64,000 bases of DNA. Source: an uncultured Verrucomicrobiaceae bacterium. GTDB lineage: Bacteria > Pseudomonadota > Gammaproteobacteria > Pseudomonadales > CAMLJR01. Shown here piece after piece: positions 39,246 through 49,111 of the stretch. The notes beneath the pieces were generated by a model that saw only the letters and a program-made list of their open reading frames with translations, did no database searches and was not told where the DNA came from. The translations under genes were made by a program, and so were the position numbers. How positions within the stretch are numbered: the first letter of the stretch is position 1; each line of letters opens with the position of its first letter. The DNA lies in NCBI GenBank assembly GCA_964631955.1, contig CAZWBA010000004.1, positions 11,440 through 75,439 of the forward strand, in the 5' to 3' direction.

Positions 39246-39399
39246 ACTGTGCGGCCGGTCGATCGGGGAATCGAGTACGCCTACGCAGCAAATGCATCTT
39301 GTGACCCGTTCACCTTTACCTTTTGGCCGATCCTGACTAAAAAGAGGGGATATCGCAGCCTCTGGTTATAAATAGAACGGCCTGCGCGGATAAGAGCTC

Positions 39400-41946
39400 A
39401 TGTTGAGAAAGCTTCGTCTCGGTTTCTATATCAGCCTCGCCGTCCTCATCATCAATGCGCTGGTGCCGTTGCTGCTTTCCAACCGCATCGCCATTCTGCG
39501 CGCCGATGCCGATGAAGCCTCGGCCATTCGCGAAGCCTTCGAAGAATTACTCTCCGCTTATAAAGACGCAGAAACCGGTCAGCGCGGTTATATGCTGACC
39601 GGCCGCTCTTCGTTTCTGGAGCCCTACGAAACCGGCCGCGTCGCCATCGAGGCGCTGTTACCGAAACTGCAGCAGCAATTGCGGAATGATCCCGCACAAA
39701 TCGAACGCTTTGCGGAATTGCTCGAACTCGATAAACAGGAAAAGGCCTTTCAGCAAATGCGTATCGCGCAACGTGGCAATGGCATCTGGTACGACGTCGA
39801 AGCCTCCGAGCACGGCCGCTTTTTAATGGATCGACTGCGCAGTGTCATCGGCGATATCGGCGCAGCGGAGCGCGCGTACAGCGATGCGCGGCTGCGACGC
39901 GTTCAATCGCTGCAGCGCTGGTCCAACTTTTCGCTCATCGCCATTACTGCACTCGATCTGATTTTATTCGTCTTTATTTTCATTCTCATGGGACGCTCGA
40001 TTCGAGCCGAGCGCGCGGCGCGCAGCGCATTGACCGTCCTCAATAGAAATCTCGCCGATGAGGTCACGCTGCGCACCGAAGCCTTGTCGCGCCTGCAACA
40101 GCAATCGGCTCGCCTCAATCAGGTGATCCAGATTCAAACCAGTCTCGCCGAAGCGCAATTGAACATCGATATTTTCACGAAAAATCTCGTACAGCGCATG
40201 ATGGCAATCGCGCCAACCACCGGCGTGGTGATAGAGATGATCGAAGAAAACGATATGGTCTATATCGCGGCGAGTGGTTCGATCGCGCAATTCGTCGGTT
40301 TACGAATTCCGCAGCGCGGCAGCCTCTCCGGCCTGTGCATCGAAAAAAACGAAGTGATGATTTCCGCCGATACTAGCGATGATCCACGCGTCGACAAGGA
40401 GGCATGTGCAAAGGTCGGTGCGGCGACGATGATCGTCACACCGTTACTGCGCGCCGGCGAGCCGGTGGGCGTTCTCAAAATTGTCGCCGACAGACCGAAC
40501 GCTTTCGACGATAACGCCGTGCAGACACTGCAATTGATGGGCGGCGCGCTCGGCGCAGCGCTCGGCAACCAGATGCAATTCCAGAAAAATCAAACGCTGC
40601 TGAGCGAGCGCAGCATCACGCTCAATACGCTCAAGCGCGAACTGCAACGCCGCGAAGAATACGAAAAGAAATTGCTGGCACAGCGCGCGCGCACGCAGGC
40701 CATTCTCGAATCGTCGCACGAGGCGTTTATCAGCATCGATGCGCAGGGTCGTGTTTCCGAATGGAATGCGCTCGCTGCCAGCACTTTCGGCTGGACAAAG
40801 GAAGATGTGATCGGAAAATCGCTCGGCGAAATGATCCTTCCCGAACGCTTGCGGGAAGCACATCGCAAAGGCCTCGCGCATTTTCTGGAAACGGGCGAAG
40901 GCCCTTTGCTGAACAGGCGCGTCGAATTGCAGGCACTGCATCGCGATGGCCATGAAATTCCCATCGAGCTGACGATTTCCGTCCTGCGCGAAGGCGACAG
41001 TATCGAATTCCCCTGTTTCCTGCGCGATATCAGCGAACGCAAGCACGCGGAAACATTATTGATGAACCAGCGTGAAACGCTTTATGCAATGACCAACGCA
41101 ATACCCGCTCTGGTCTCCCTCATCGATATGCAGGAGCATTTTGTCTACTGCAATGACGAATACGAAACAATTTACGCCAAGCCGCTCGACCAGATCATCG
41201 GCCGCAGCCTGAGAGAATGTATCGGCGAAGAAAATTATCCGCACAGCAAACCGTTTATCGATAAAGCGCTCGCCGGCGAACCCGTAGTTTACGAACGCAC
41301 CGTTCCCACCGCCATCGGCGCACGGCATCAGGAATGCCGACACATTCCACAATTCGATGCCGACGGCAAACCCAATGGTTTCTATCTGATTGCCTGGGAT
41401 ATCACCGAGCGCAAGGAACAGGAAATTGCGTGGCAATCGCGCGCATCGCGCGACGAACTGACAGGGCTGTCGAATCGTGCATCGTTCACCGAATCATTAA
41501 ATCTCGCCCTGATTCGTCACGCGCGCACCGATGCGAATATCGCCGTGCTCTATCTCGATGTCGACCGCTTCAAAAATATCAACGACACGTATGGCCACGC
41601 TGCCGGCGATACATTGTTAAAAGCATTTGCGCAGTATTTGCGGCAATCGGTAAGACAATCCGATATTGTCGGCCGTCTCGGCGGCGATGAGTTCTGCATC
41701 CTGCTAGAAGATGTAAAAGCACCGGCCAATGCAATCGCGGTTGCCGAAAAAATTCTTGGCATGGTGCGCACTCCTGTGCCATTTGAAAATCACACCCTAT
41801 CGATATCGACCAGCATCGGTATCGCATTCGCCCCACAGCCGCGTCTCACCAGTACCCAGTTGATCGCACTCGCCGATGCCGCGCTGTATAAAGCCAAACA
41901 GGCAGGTCGCAATCGCTACGTACTGGATATTATTTCCGCCGATTGA
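39400..41946 (+). CDS. CHASE3-GAF-PAS-PAS-GGDEF sensor diguanylate cyclase
   Basis: TM, periplasmic CHASE3 (ETGQRGYMLTG) and a second TM; GAF; two PAS domains; GGDEF (RLGGDEFCILL at 41680..41694) with an RxxD I-site (RQSD) 5 residues upstream. 848 aa. Confidence 0.9.
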   Translation: MLRKLRLGFYISLAVLIINALVPLLLSNRIAILRADADEASAIREAFEELLSAYKDAETGQRGYMLTGRSSFLEPYETGRVAIEALLPKLQQQLRNDPAQIERFAELLELDKQEKAFQQMRIAQRGNGIWYDVEASEHGRFLMDRLRSVIGDIGAAERAYSDARLRRVQSLQRWSNFSLIAITALDLILFVFIFILMGRSIRAERAARSALTVLNRNLADEVTLRTEALSRLQQQSARLNQVIQIQTSLAEAQLNIDIFTKNLVQRMMAIAPTTGVVIEMIEENDMVYIAASGSIAQFVGLRIPQRGSLSGLCIEKNEVMISADTSDDPRVDKEACAKVGAATMIVTPLLRAGEPVGVLKIVADRPNAFDDNAVQTLQLMGGALGAALGNQMQFQKNQTLLSERSITLNTLKRELQRREEYEKKLLAQRARTQAILESSHEAFISIDAQGRVSEWNALAASTFGWTKEDVIGKSLGEMILPERLREAHRKGLAHFLETGEGPLLNRRVELQALHRDGHEIPIELTISVLREGDSIEFPCFLRDISERKHAETLLMNQRETLYAMTNAIPALVSLIDMQEHFVYCNDEYETIYAKPLDQIIGRSLRECIGEENYPHSKPFIDKALAGEPVVYERTVPTAIGARHQECRHIPQFDADGKPNGFYLIAWDITERKEQEIAWQSRASRDELTGLSNRASFTESLNLALIRHARTDANIAVLYLDVDRFKNINDTYGHAAGDTLLKAFAQYLRQSVRQSDIVGRLGGDEFCILLEDVKAPANAIAVAEKILGMVRTPVPFENHTLSISTSIGIAFAPQPRLTSTQLIALADAALYKAKQAGRNRYVLDIISAD

Positions 41947-42094
41947 TTGCTTTGGATATCGCAAGAAAAATGACAATTATTTTTGCGATTTCTTTTACAC
42001 TGTAAGCCGTTTCACACGAAATTTCGTATCCGATTCATCCCACGGAAGGTCTTCGAGGCCGTCGACGTCTGCGCCAGCAGACAGCTGTATTCGC

Positions 42095-42646
42095 ATGCCC
42101 AGTATCTTCCGCCATTTATCGATCGCTTTTTGCCGATTCTCGCTGCGACTGCGCGCCATCCTGCCCTGTCTGCTGCTCGCGGCCGGTCTGCCCGCGACCG
42201 CCGGCTCGCCCGATGAGGCAGCCGTGCGCACCGCCATGATTTTCAATTTGCTGAAGTTCACCAAGTGGCCCGACACGCTGCCCGCCGATGCCAGCTTGCG
42301 CCTTTGTGCGATCGATGCGTCGCCAGGTCTTACGACTGCGCTGCAATCGCTGGAGCAGCGCCGCGCGGGACAACATGTGCTGACGACAAAAACGGCGTCC
42401 GCCCACGATATGACCACCTGCGAAATCATCGTGACCGACGCTCCGCAGATTCCATTCGCACTCAGTCAAATTCAGGAGCGCGCCGTGCTCACCATCGGCG
42501 AAGCCGGATTCATCGATCGCGGCGGCATGATCGGTATTACGGTGATCGACGACCGCCTGCGTTTTGAAATCAATCTCGAAGCGATGAAACGCAGCGGCAT
42601 TTCGCTGCCATCACAAGTCCTGCAACTGGCAGTGAGGACGCGTTAA
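42095..42646 (+). CDS. YfiR-like (DUF4154) periplasmic protein
   Basis: Signal peptide (…LLLAAGLPATAGSP), then AAVRTAMIFNLLKFTKWPD...LRLC...VLTIGE...GGMIGI...RFEINLEAMKRSGISL. The ATG at 42095 gives 183 aa. Its stop overlaps the next ATG (TAATG). Confidence 0.78.
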   Translation: MPSIFRHLSIAFCRFSLRLRAILPCLLLAAGLPATAGSPDEAAVRTAMIFNLLKFTKWPDTLPADASLRLCAIDASPGLTTALQSLEQRRAGQHVLTTKTASAHDMTTCEIIVTDAPQIPFALSQIQERAVLTIGEAGFIDRGGMIGITVIDDRLRFEINLEAMKRSGISLPSQVLQLAVRTR

Positions 42647-44691
42647 TGTCGAAGTCTCCGCAATTTTTCACCGCAGTCGCACCGCTCGCACCTTCGCGAT
42701 CCTTATCGGCAACGCTGCTTCTATCGACGACACTGCTCGCACTGCCCGCGTCTGCCGCCCCAGCGCACGAGGATGATTTAACCGCGCTCTCGCTCGAAGA
42801 GCTGATGGCGATCGAAGTGATTTCCACACCGCAGTTCGCGGGGCGCATTGCCGACCTTCCCGCCTCGGTTTCGATTCTCACCGCGCACGATATACGCGCT
42901 TACGGCTGGCGCACGCTCGCCGACGCACTGCGTTCGCTGCGCGGCTTCAACGTGACATACGACCGCACCTATACCTACGCTGGCGTGCGCGGTCTTTCAC
43001 CTGCGGGCGATCCCAAGCCGCGTCTGAATATTCTTGTCGACGGGATCAGCGCGTCTGAAAATATTTACGACAGCGTTCTGCTCGGCGGGGAATTTCCGCT
43101 CGATGTCGATCTCATCGACCGCATCGAAGTCGTGCGCGGCCCAAGTGCCTCTGTCGTCGGCGGCGATGCCATGGGCGGCGTCATCAATATCATCACGCGC
43201 GGCGGTATCGCGCTGCGCGGTGAGGAAATTGCCGTGGGTGCGGGTTCGGGTGAAAGCTATGGCGGGCGCGCCAGCGTCGGTGGTATCAGCAGTGCCGGCA
43301 TCGAATATCTGATTTCAGCGACGGCATCTAACGCTCACGGTGAGGCGCTCGAATTTTTCGATCTTGCTCCGGTGACGAACGATGTCACCACACGCCATGA
43401 CGATGAGCGCCGTCGTCAGTTTTTTGCTCGATTCAATTACGGCGGCTGGCATGCCGAGCTCATTCACGGCCAGCGCAAAAAGACCGTGCCCACCGGCTCG
43501 TATGGCACATTGTTCGACGATCCCTCGCATCGCGAGGACGATTCCGAAACGCTCGCGCAAATCGGACACACCGCCTGGCTGGATGCCACGACCACCGTGT
43601 TTACGCGCATTTACACCGGCGCCTATGCGTACGATGGCATTTTTCCGTACCTATATGACGAGATGGATTACGTGCACAACCGCGATCGCGCACGCGGCAA
43701 GTGGTGGGGCACCGAAATGCGCGTGCAATCGCATCGCCGCGCGGGTCATCAGCTCATGGCAGGCGCCGAGTTCATCGATAATTATCAGCAGGATCTGCGC
43801 AACGACGATATCGGCTACGGCTGTCACGGTTACAGCAGCGAACCCTGTCTCGACACGCGTCACAGCACCACCAAATTCAGCGTGTATGCGCAGGATGAAA
43901 TTTTACTCGCCGCAAAAACCCGGCTGACGCTGGGTGCGCGCCTCGATCACACCACGGAAGACAATTTGCGCTGGAGTCCGCGCGTGGGGCTGGTGCAGCA
44001 CACAGCGAACGCGGGTACGTTCAAGGTTTTATATGCCGGCGCCTATCGCGAGCCCAGCACTTTCGAGAAATATTATGCGCTGGCCTCGGTACAGAGCGGC
44101 AACACCGAACTGAACGATGAGTTCATTCGCTCGCTCGAAGGCATCTGGGAATACGCGATCGATGCGCGCACGCAATTGACCGTTTCTGCGTATCACTATC
44201 GGGCGAACGATATCATCGCCGCCGATGTCGATGGTGTTAACCGGAACCTGTCGACCATCGAAGGCCGTGGCGCCGAATTCGAGCTTTATCGCACCTGGCC
44301 GGGTAAAGCTTCCATGCGGCTCAGCTACAGCCTTCAATATCCTGAATTGTCCGGCGAGCGGCCCGCGAACGCGCCGAAACATTTATTCAAACTCAACGTC
44401 GCGGCACCGATTTTTTCCACGGACTGGAGTATCGGTTTCGAAGCGCAGGCGACCAGTCGGCGCCGTACCGAAATCAATACCACGCTCGGCGGCTACGCCA
44501 TCGCCAATCTGAATTTTATCTATGCACCGGCCGGCCAGCCGTGGGATGCAGCCTTCGGTATTTACAATGTCTTCGACCGGAAATATGCAGATCCCGTGGG
44601 GCTCGATGCGTACATGGACCCGGGCGTCACGCGCGAAGGCATCACTCAGGATGATCGCAACTGGCGCGTCAAATGCGTTTACCGCTTCTGA
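42646..44691 (+). CDS. TonB-dependent outer-membrane receptor
   Basis: Signal peptide, plug domain (…SVSILTAHDIRAYGWRTLADALRSLRGFNV…RGPSASVVGGDAMGGVINIITR) and a beta-barrel ending in a terminal aromatic residue (…VYRF). 681 aa. Confidence 0.9.
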   Translation: MSKSPQFFTAVAPLAPSRSLSATLLLSTTLLALPASAAPAHEDDLTALSLEELMAIEVISTPQFAGRIADLPASVSILTAHDIRAYGWRTLADALRSLRGFNVTYDRTYTYAGVRGLSPAGDPKPRLNILVDGISASENIYDSVLLGGEFPLDVDLIDRIEVVRGPSASVVGGDAMGGVINIITRGGIALRGEEIAVGAGSGESYGGRASVGGISSAGIEYLISATASNAHGEALEFFDLAPVTNDVTTRHDDERRRQFFARFNYGGWHAELIHGQRKKTVPTGSYGTLFDDPSHREDDSETLAQIGHTAWLDATTTVFTRIYTGAYAYDGIFPYLYDEMDYVHNRDRARGKWWGTEMRVQSHRRAGHQLMAGAEFIDNYQQDLRNDDIGYGCHGYSSEPCLDTRHSTTKFSVYAQDEILLAAKTRLTLGARLDHTTEDNLRWSPRVGLVQHTANAGTFKVLYAGAYREPSTFEKYYALASVQSGNTELNDEFIRSLEGIWEYAIDARTQLTVSAYHYRANDIIAADVDGVNRNLSTIEGRGAEFELYRTWPGKASMRLSYSLQYPELSGERPANAPKHLFKLNVAAPIFSTDWSIGFEAQATSRRRTEINTTLGGYAIANLNFIYAPAGQPWDAAFGIYNVFDRKYADPVGLDAYMDPGVTREGITQDDRNWRVKCVYRF

Positions 44692-44696
44692 AGCCC

Positions 44697-45545
44697 TTAC
44701 TCCAGCCACCGCCACTCGCCTGCAGTCTCCACGACGCGCCCCTCGCGCTGCAGTTTGATGAGATGTGCCCATAACGAGTAGCGCGCGATGGGATGCAGTT
44801 GCGGCTTTACATCGTCGTAGGCCGGCGGTGTGATTTCATCGAGTGAACCACGCTGCAGTTTTCGCATCGCCGCAATCACTTTCATTTCGCGAAATAAACG
44901 GTGCCGAATCAGACGCTCCAGCTCGCGCTGCGGTTCGAAAATCAATTTACCGTGCGCAGGCGCAATCGCTTCGATGGAATAATCCGCCAGCATGCGCAAC
45001 GAGGCGATGTATTCGCTCATATCGCCGCTCGGTGGAATGATGACCACCGTGGTGCCCTCCATGATGTGATCGCCCGTGAACAGCAATCCTTCATCTTCGA
45101 GCAACAGGCACACATGATTGCCGACATGGCCGGGCGTCAACAGTGTGCGCAGGCGGAATTCATGCGTGGCGAGAATATCGTCGTGCCGTAACGAACGCAC
45201 GGGGCGGAAAGTGGTGTCCTGCTTGCCGTCGTCGGCGATGACATTGCCGAGCACTTCCGCACCGGTTTCGGCATGAATGATTGCCGCTGCCGGTGAGTGA
45301 TCGCGATGCGTGTGCGTCGCGATAATCCAGCGCAGACGATTGCCACACGCTTTCAGCAATGCCTCGATATGTCGTCTATCGAGCGGACCCGGATCGATCA
45401 GCGCAAGCTGCTCGCGCCCCACGATGTAACTGTTAGTTCCGGGCCCCGTCATCACGCCGCTGTTGCCCGCGGTGATACGGCGCACCAGCGGAGAAATTTC
45501 GACACACTGGTAATGCTCAATCTCAGTTTGCCGAAATTTGGTCAT
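44697..45545 (-). CDS. MBL-fold metallo-hydrolase
   Basis: IIATHTHRDHSPAA (HxHxDH motif). 282 aa. Confidence 0.85.
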   Translation of the reverse strand: MTKFRQTEIEHYQCVEISPLVRRITAGNSGVMTGPGTNSYIVGREQLALIDPGPLDRRHIEALLKACGNRLRWIIATHTHRDHSPAAAIIHAETGAEVLGNVIADDGKQDTTFRPVRSLRHDDILATHEFRLRTLLTPGHVGNHVCLLLEDEGLLFTGDHIMEGTTVVIIPPSGDMSEYIASLRMLADYSIEAIAPAHGKLIFEPQRELERLIRHRLFREMKVIAAMRKLQRGSLDEITPPAYDDVKPQLHPIARYSLWAHLIKLQREGRVVETAGEWRWLE

Positions 45546-45565
45546 TGCTAAACGCTCTTTTGATT

Positions 45566-45597
45566 AATTCCCCTCTCCCATTTGGGGAGAGGGAATT
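45566..45597. repeat. CCCCTCTCCCAT-type hairpin repeat (after fabV stop)
   Basis: AATTCCCCTCTCCCatttGGGGAGAGGGAATT. Shares the core TCCCCTCTCCCAT(T/C)TGG with 49437..49465. Confidence 0.6.
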
Positions 45598-45599
45598 AT

Positions 45600-46790
45600 T
45601 TAAACCAAATTTTTGATCGGCACGACCGGATTCACATCGGCATCGTAATCGACACCTTCGATTTCAAAGCCGAACAGGCGCAGAAACTCCTGCTTGTATC
45701 CCGCGAAATCGCTGATGTCGTTGAGATTTTCGTTGGTGACTTGCGGCCACAATTCAAGCACCTTGTTTTGCACTTCGGGACGCATTTCCTTGCCGTCGGC
45801 GCGCAAACGGCTATCGCTGTCGAGGACGGGATTGGCGTTGTACAGGCTATCGCGAAACAGACCGTCGACCTGCTCGATGCAGCCTTCGTGCGTGCCATCA
45901 GCCTTCATCACTTTAAACAACAGCGACAAATACAGCGGCATGATCGGAATTGCCGAACTCGCCTGCGTCACCACGGCCTTCAATACGGACACGCGTGCAT
46001 CGCCACCTTTTGTCGCAAGTTTTTTGCGAATATCGATCACGCGCTTATCCAAATCTTTTTTCGCCGCGCCGATGGTGCCGTGCCAGTAAATATCCCATGT
46101 AACTTTTTCACCGACATAAGTGAATGCAGTGGTCTTCGCGCCCGCAGCCAATACGCCTGCCGCATCGAGCGCATCGATCCACATCTGCCAGTCTTCACCG
46201 CCCATCACCGCGACGGTGTTATCGATTTCTTCCTGCGACGCGGCAGTCAGAGTAATTTCCTTGAGCACCTGTTTATCGGTATCGATACCGCGCTGCACCA
46301 CATCCTTGCCGATGGGCTTCAGCGTCGAATTGTGCACAGCGCCCGTCACCGGATGCGTGCGGCGCGGTGCGGCGAGACTGTAAACAACGAGATCGACCTG
46401 CCCCAGATCGGCTCTGATGGCTTCGATCGTTTTGCGTTTTATGTCATCGGAAAACGCGTCGCCGTTGATGCTTTTCGCATACAGACCTTCGGCTTCGGCG
46501 AATTGATGGAATGCCGCCGAGTTATACCAGCCAGCCGTGCCGGGTTTGTCTTCCGCGCCTTCGCGTTCAAAGAACACACCGAGCGTGGATGCGCCAGAAC
46601 CGAAGGCCGCGGTGATACGCGAGGCGAGGCCATAACCCGTCGACGCACCGAGCACGAGCACCCGCTTCGGGCCATTGGCAATCGGCCCGCGGTTTTTCAC
46701 ATAATCGATTTGCTGCTTCACGTTGACGGCACAGCCGACGGGATGGGTGGTAACGCACATGAAACCGCGCACGCGGGGTTTGATAATCAT
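45600..46790 (-). CDS. fabV: trans-2-enoyl-ACP/CoA reductase FabV
   Basis: [31 protein letters not shown]...[16 protein letters not shown] is the hallmark FabV N-terminus. The ATG at 46790 gives 396 aa. Confidence 0.93.
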   Translation of the reverse strand: MIIKPRVRGFMCVTTHPVGCAVNVKQQIDYVKNRGPIANGPKRVLVLGASTGYGLASRITAAFGSGASTLGVFFEREGAEDKPGTAGWYNSAAFHQFAEAEGLYAKSINGDAFSDDIKRKTIEAIRADLGQVDLVVYSLAAPRRTHPVTGAVHNSTLKPIGKDVVQRGIDTDKQVLKEITLTAASQEEIDNTVAVMGGEDWQMWIDALDAAGVLAAGAKTTAFTYVGEKVTWDIYWHGTIGAAKKDLDKRVIDIRKKLATKGGDARVSVLKAVVTQASSAIPIMPLYLSLLFKVMKADGTHEGCIEQVDGLFRDSLYNANPVLDSDSRLRADGKEMRPEVQNKVLELWPQVTNENLNDISDFAGYKQEFLRLFGFEIEGVDYDADVNPVVPIKNLV

Positions 46791-46887
46791 GGTGAGGCCT
46801 TCGATTTTTGGAAAGGCGGCATTATACCCGATTCGGTTTTTGGGCTGACGGACGCTGCGAATGACGGATTGCGGCGATGAATTTATT

Positions 46888-46919
46888 TGCAGGGGCGGAC
46901 ACGCAGGTCCGCCCCTGCA
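46888..46919. repeat. perfect 13-bp GC-rich hairpin 3' of the TonB-dependent receptor gene
   Basis: TGCAGGGGCGGAC-acgcag-GTCCGCCCCTGCA, 11 nt from the stop at 46930. There is no U-tail on either strand, so it is REP-like rather than a classic terminator. Confidence 0.6.
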
Positions 46920-46929
46920 TTCCGTGCGA

Positions 46930-49038
46930 TCAAAACGTAAACCGCACGCCCGTTTCGATCGAACGGCCTGGCTCAGGCGCGACATCTTTCAACAGCGACA
47001 CACTGTTGCGAATCGTTCGATCGGTGAGGTTGGTTGCGCGCAGGAACAGGAGCGCACCGAAATCATCGCCAGCCTTGAGCTGATAGCTCAACCCCGCATC
47101 AATACGATTGTAACCATCGGTTTGCGTTTCGAATGCGCCGGAATGATTTTGCTTCGCCGCATGCAATATGCCGGCATACGCGGAAAACGACCCGCGCTCG
47201 ACATTCAAACGCGCACCGATCCGCAACGGTGGCAAACGCGGGATATCGTCATTATCGCCATCGGCATTATTGCCGACGAATTCGCCGCGTATGCGGTCGC
47301 CATAGACATCGACGCTCCAGACTCCCGATCTGTTTTCGACGATCGGCAATTCCATTTCGAATTCGATACCGGTGAAACGGGCATCGCGCTGCGCGTACGC
47401 CAGAATCGGCGTTCCATGTTGCTCGACCCCCGTATCGGTCAGCGCGATGAAATCGTGGAAATCATTGCGGAATACCGTGACGTAGCCATGTGCACGCTCG
47501 CTCTGATAATGCAAAGTCACGTCGACGTTGCGCGCTGTTTCCTGTTTCAGATCGGCAGCGCCCACTTCGATCGCATGTGTCGCTTCGTGCTCGATCAGGT
47601 CGCCGAATTCACTCGTCGCATTCGAATACAACTCCTCGACAGTGGGCGCCCGCTGCGAACGCGATAAGGCGACACCCAGACGCCAGGTTTCACTCATCGT
47701 CCACGATGCCGATGCCGAACCGCTGAAACTGTTGAAATCCTTTTTCGAAGGAACATTTGCGTTCGCCGCTGCCCCCTCCGGACCAGGGTGGTTTTTCGGA
47801 TCGAGACTGTCGCGACCGTAGCGCGCACCGAGCTGATAAATGACGGCGCCGCGCCGGTAACTTTCGAGCGCAAATAATCCAGCGGATTCAGCGATCGATT
47901 CGGGAATAAAACTCTCCTCGCCTTCGGCAGCGAAATCGCTGCGCTTCAATTGCAGACCGAATGCGCCGCTCCAGCCCGACAGCGGAGCGTGCGCGAGCTC
48001 GAAACGGGTTTCCCAGGTCTCATCGGTGAATATGGTGCCGATCTCGCCCGTGTTTTCGATTTCCCGATGCCGATAATCACTGTGGGTCAAACGCCAGCGC
48101 AATGCATCGATGGTGTCGCTGATATCGCGTTTTTCAGCGGCCACATCGTAGCGCTTTTGTTTCATATCGATATGAACGCCGTTGATCGCATCGCCTTCGG
48201 CCTCATCGTCGAGTGGAATGCCGTAATGATTTTGCATGTCGCTGACGCTGAATCCGAAATGCCCATCGTCGGCAATCCAGGACAGGCCGCCATTGAGCGT
48301 GTGATTGCGACCGTCGGTATTTGCGGTGAAACCATCGCTGCTGAATTGCGGGTCGATATATTGGCGATTGAATGCGACCCCGGGAATATCGACGTTATTC
48401 CATTCGCGATAAACACCATCGAGGTGATAGGCGAGCTGACCCACACTGCCATCGAGTCTGGCCACGCTGGTATTGCCATCGTTGACGCTGTCATGGCGCT
48501 GTTCGATAGCACCATGAACCTTGCCGGATAATTTTTGCGGAATGCGATTATCGACAATATTGACGATGCCACCGATGGCGCCGCCGCCATAAAGCAATGT
48601 CGCGGGGCCGCGCAGTATTTCGATCGACTCGGCGAGCATGGGCTCGACGGTGACTGCGTGATCGGCGCTCACCGCGGCGGCATCTGCGCTCGCGGTGCCG
48701 TTGAGCAATGTCATCACGCGCGGACCGTTCTGCCCGCGAATCACCGGCTGGCCGACACCGGGGCCAAACGATGCGCTGGTCAGGCCAGGGCTGCCATCGA
48801 GCGTCGCGCCGATCGTTCCCGCAGCACGGCGCCGCAGATTTTCATCGGTTATCACCGTGACTGGAACCGAGCTCTGATCCTGCGGTTTGTTGAGCAGCGA
48901 AGTAACCGTGATGATATCGACATGCTCCGCGTGGGCCACCGCCGATAAATTGCCCGCAATGAGCACAAACCCTATGTTTCCGGGCGAAAATAATTTGAGT
49001 GGAAATAGCGGCGACCGCCGTGCAAAAAAACTTTTCAT
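46930..49038 (-). CDS. TonB-dependent receptor (metal/copper-zinc type by context)
   Basis: Signal peptide (…NLSAVAHA), plug (…[19 protein letters not shown]…[10 protein letters not shown]…[23 protein letters not shown]) and a barrel ending …GVRFTF. 702 aa. Confidence 0.88.
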   Translation of the reverse strand: MKSFFARRSPLFPLKLFSPGNIGFVLIAGNLSAVAHAEHVDIITVTSLLNKPQDQSSVPVTVITDENLRRRAAGTIGATLDGSPGLTSASFGPGVGQPVIRGQNGPRVMTLLNGTASADAAAVSADHAVTVEPMLAESIEILRGPATLLYGGGAIGGIVNIVDNRIPQKLSGKVHGAIEQRHDSVNDGNTSVARLDGSVGQLAYHLDGVYREWNNVDIPGVAFNRQYIDPQFSSDGFTANTDGRNHTLNGGLSWIADDGHFGFSVSDMQNHYGIPLDDEAEGDAINGVHIDMKQKRYDVAAEKRDISDTIDALRWRLTHSDYRHREIENTGEIGTIFTDETWETRFELAHAPLSGWSGAFGLQLKRSDFAAEGEESFIPESIAESAGLFALESYRRGAVIYQLGARYGRDSLDPKNHPGPEGAAANANVPSKKDFNSFSGSASASWTMSETWRLGVALSRSQRAPTVEELYSNATSEFGDLIEHEATHAIEVGAADLKQETARNVDVTLHYQSERAHGYVTVFRNDFHDFIALTDTGVEQHGTPILAYAQRDARFTGIEFEMELPIVENRSGVWSVDVYGDRIRGEFVGNNADGDNDDIPRLPPLRIGARLNVERGSFSAYAGILHAAKQNHSGAFETQTDGYNRIDAGLSYQLKAGDDFGALLFLRATNLTDRTIRNSVSLLKDVAPEPGRSIETGVRFTF

Positions 49039-49111
49039 GAAAAACTCCTGAAATAACGTTCACGCCGAACGAGCGGCGTACTAAAAATTACGATGGGAAG
49101 AACGTCAGGAG

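Noticed and set aside
39299-39320. Possible GacA/UvrY box upstream of the GGA-rich tract (CTTGTGACCCGTTCACCTTTACC).
   Set aside because: It contains only a GTGA-N5-TCAC core. The half-sites and spacing do not fit TGTAAG-N6-CTTACA (6-6-6), so it cannot be used as support for a Gac-controlled sRNA promoter.
39042-44691. Possible tRNA-Asn-linked genomic island carrying the cyclase/YfiR-like/TBDR cluster.
   Set aside because: There is no integrase or other mobility gene. I found no direct repeat of the tRNA 3' end downstream (checked by eye around 44.6-45.6 kb). There is no obvious compositional break.
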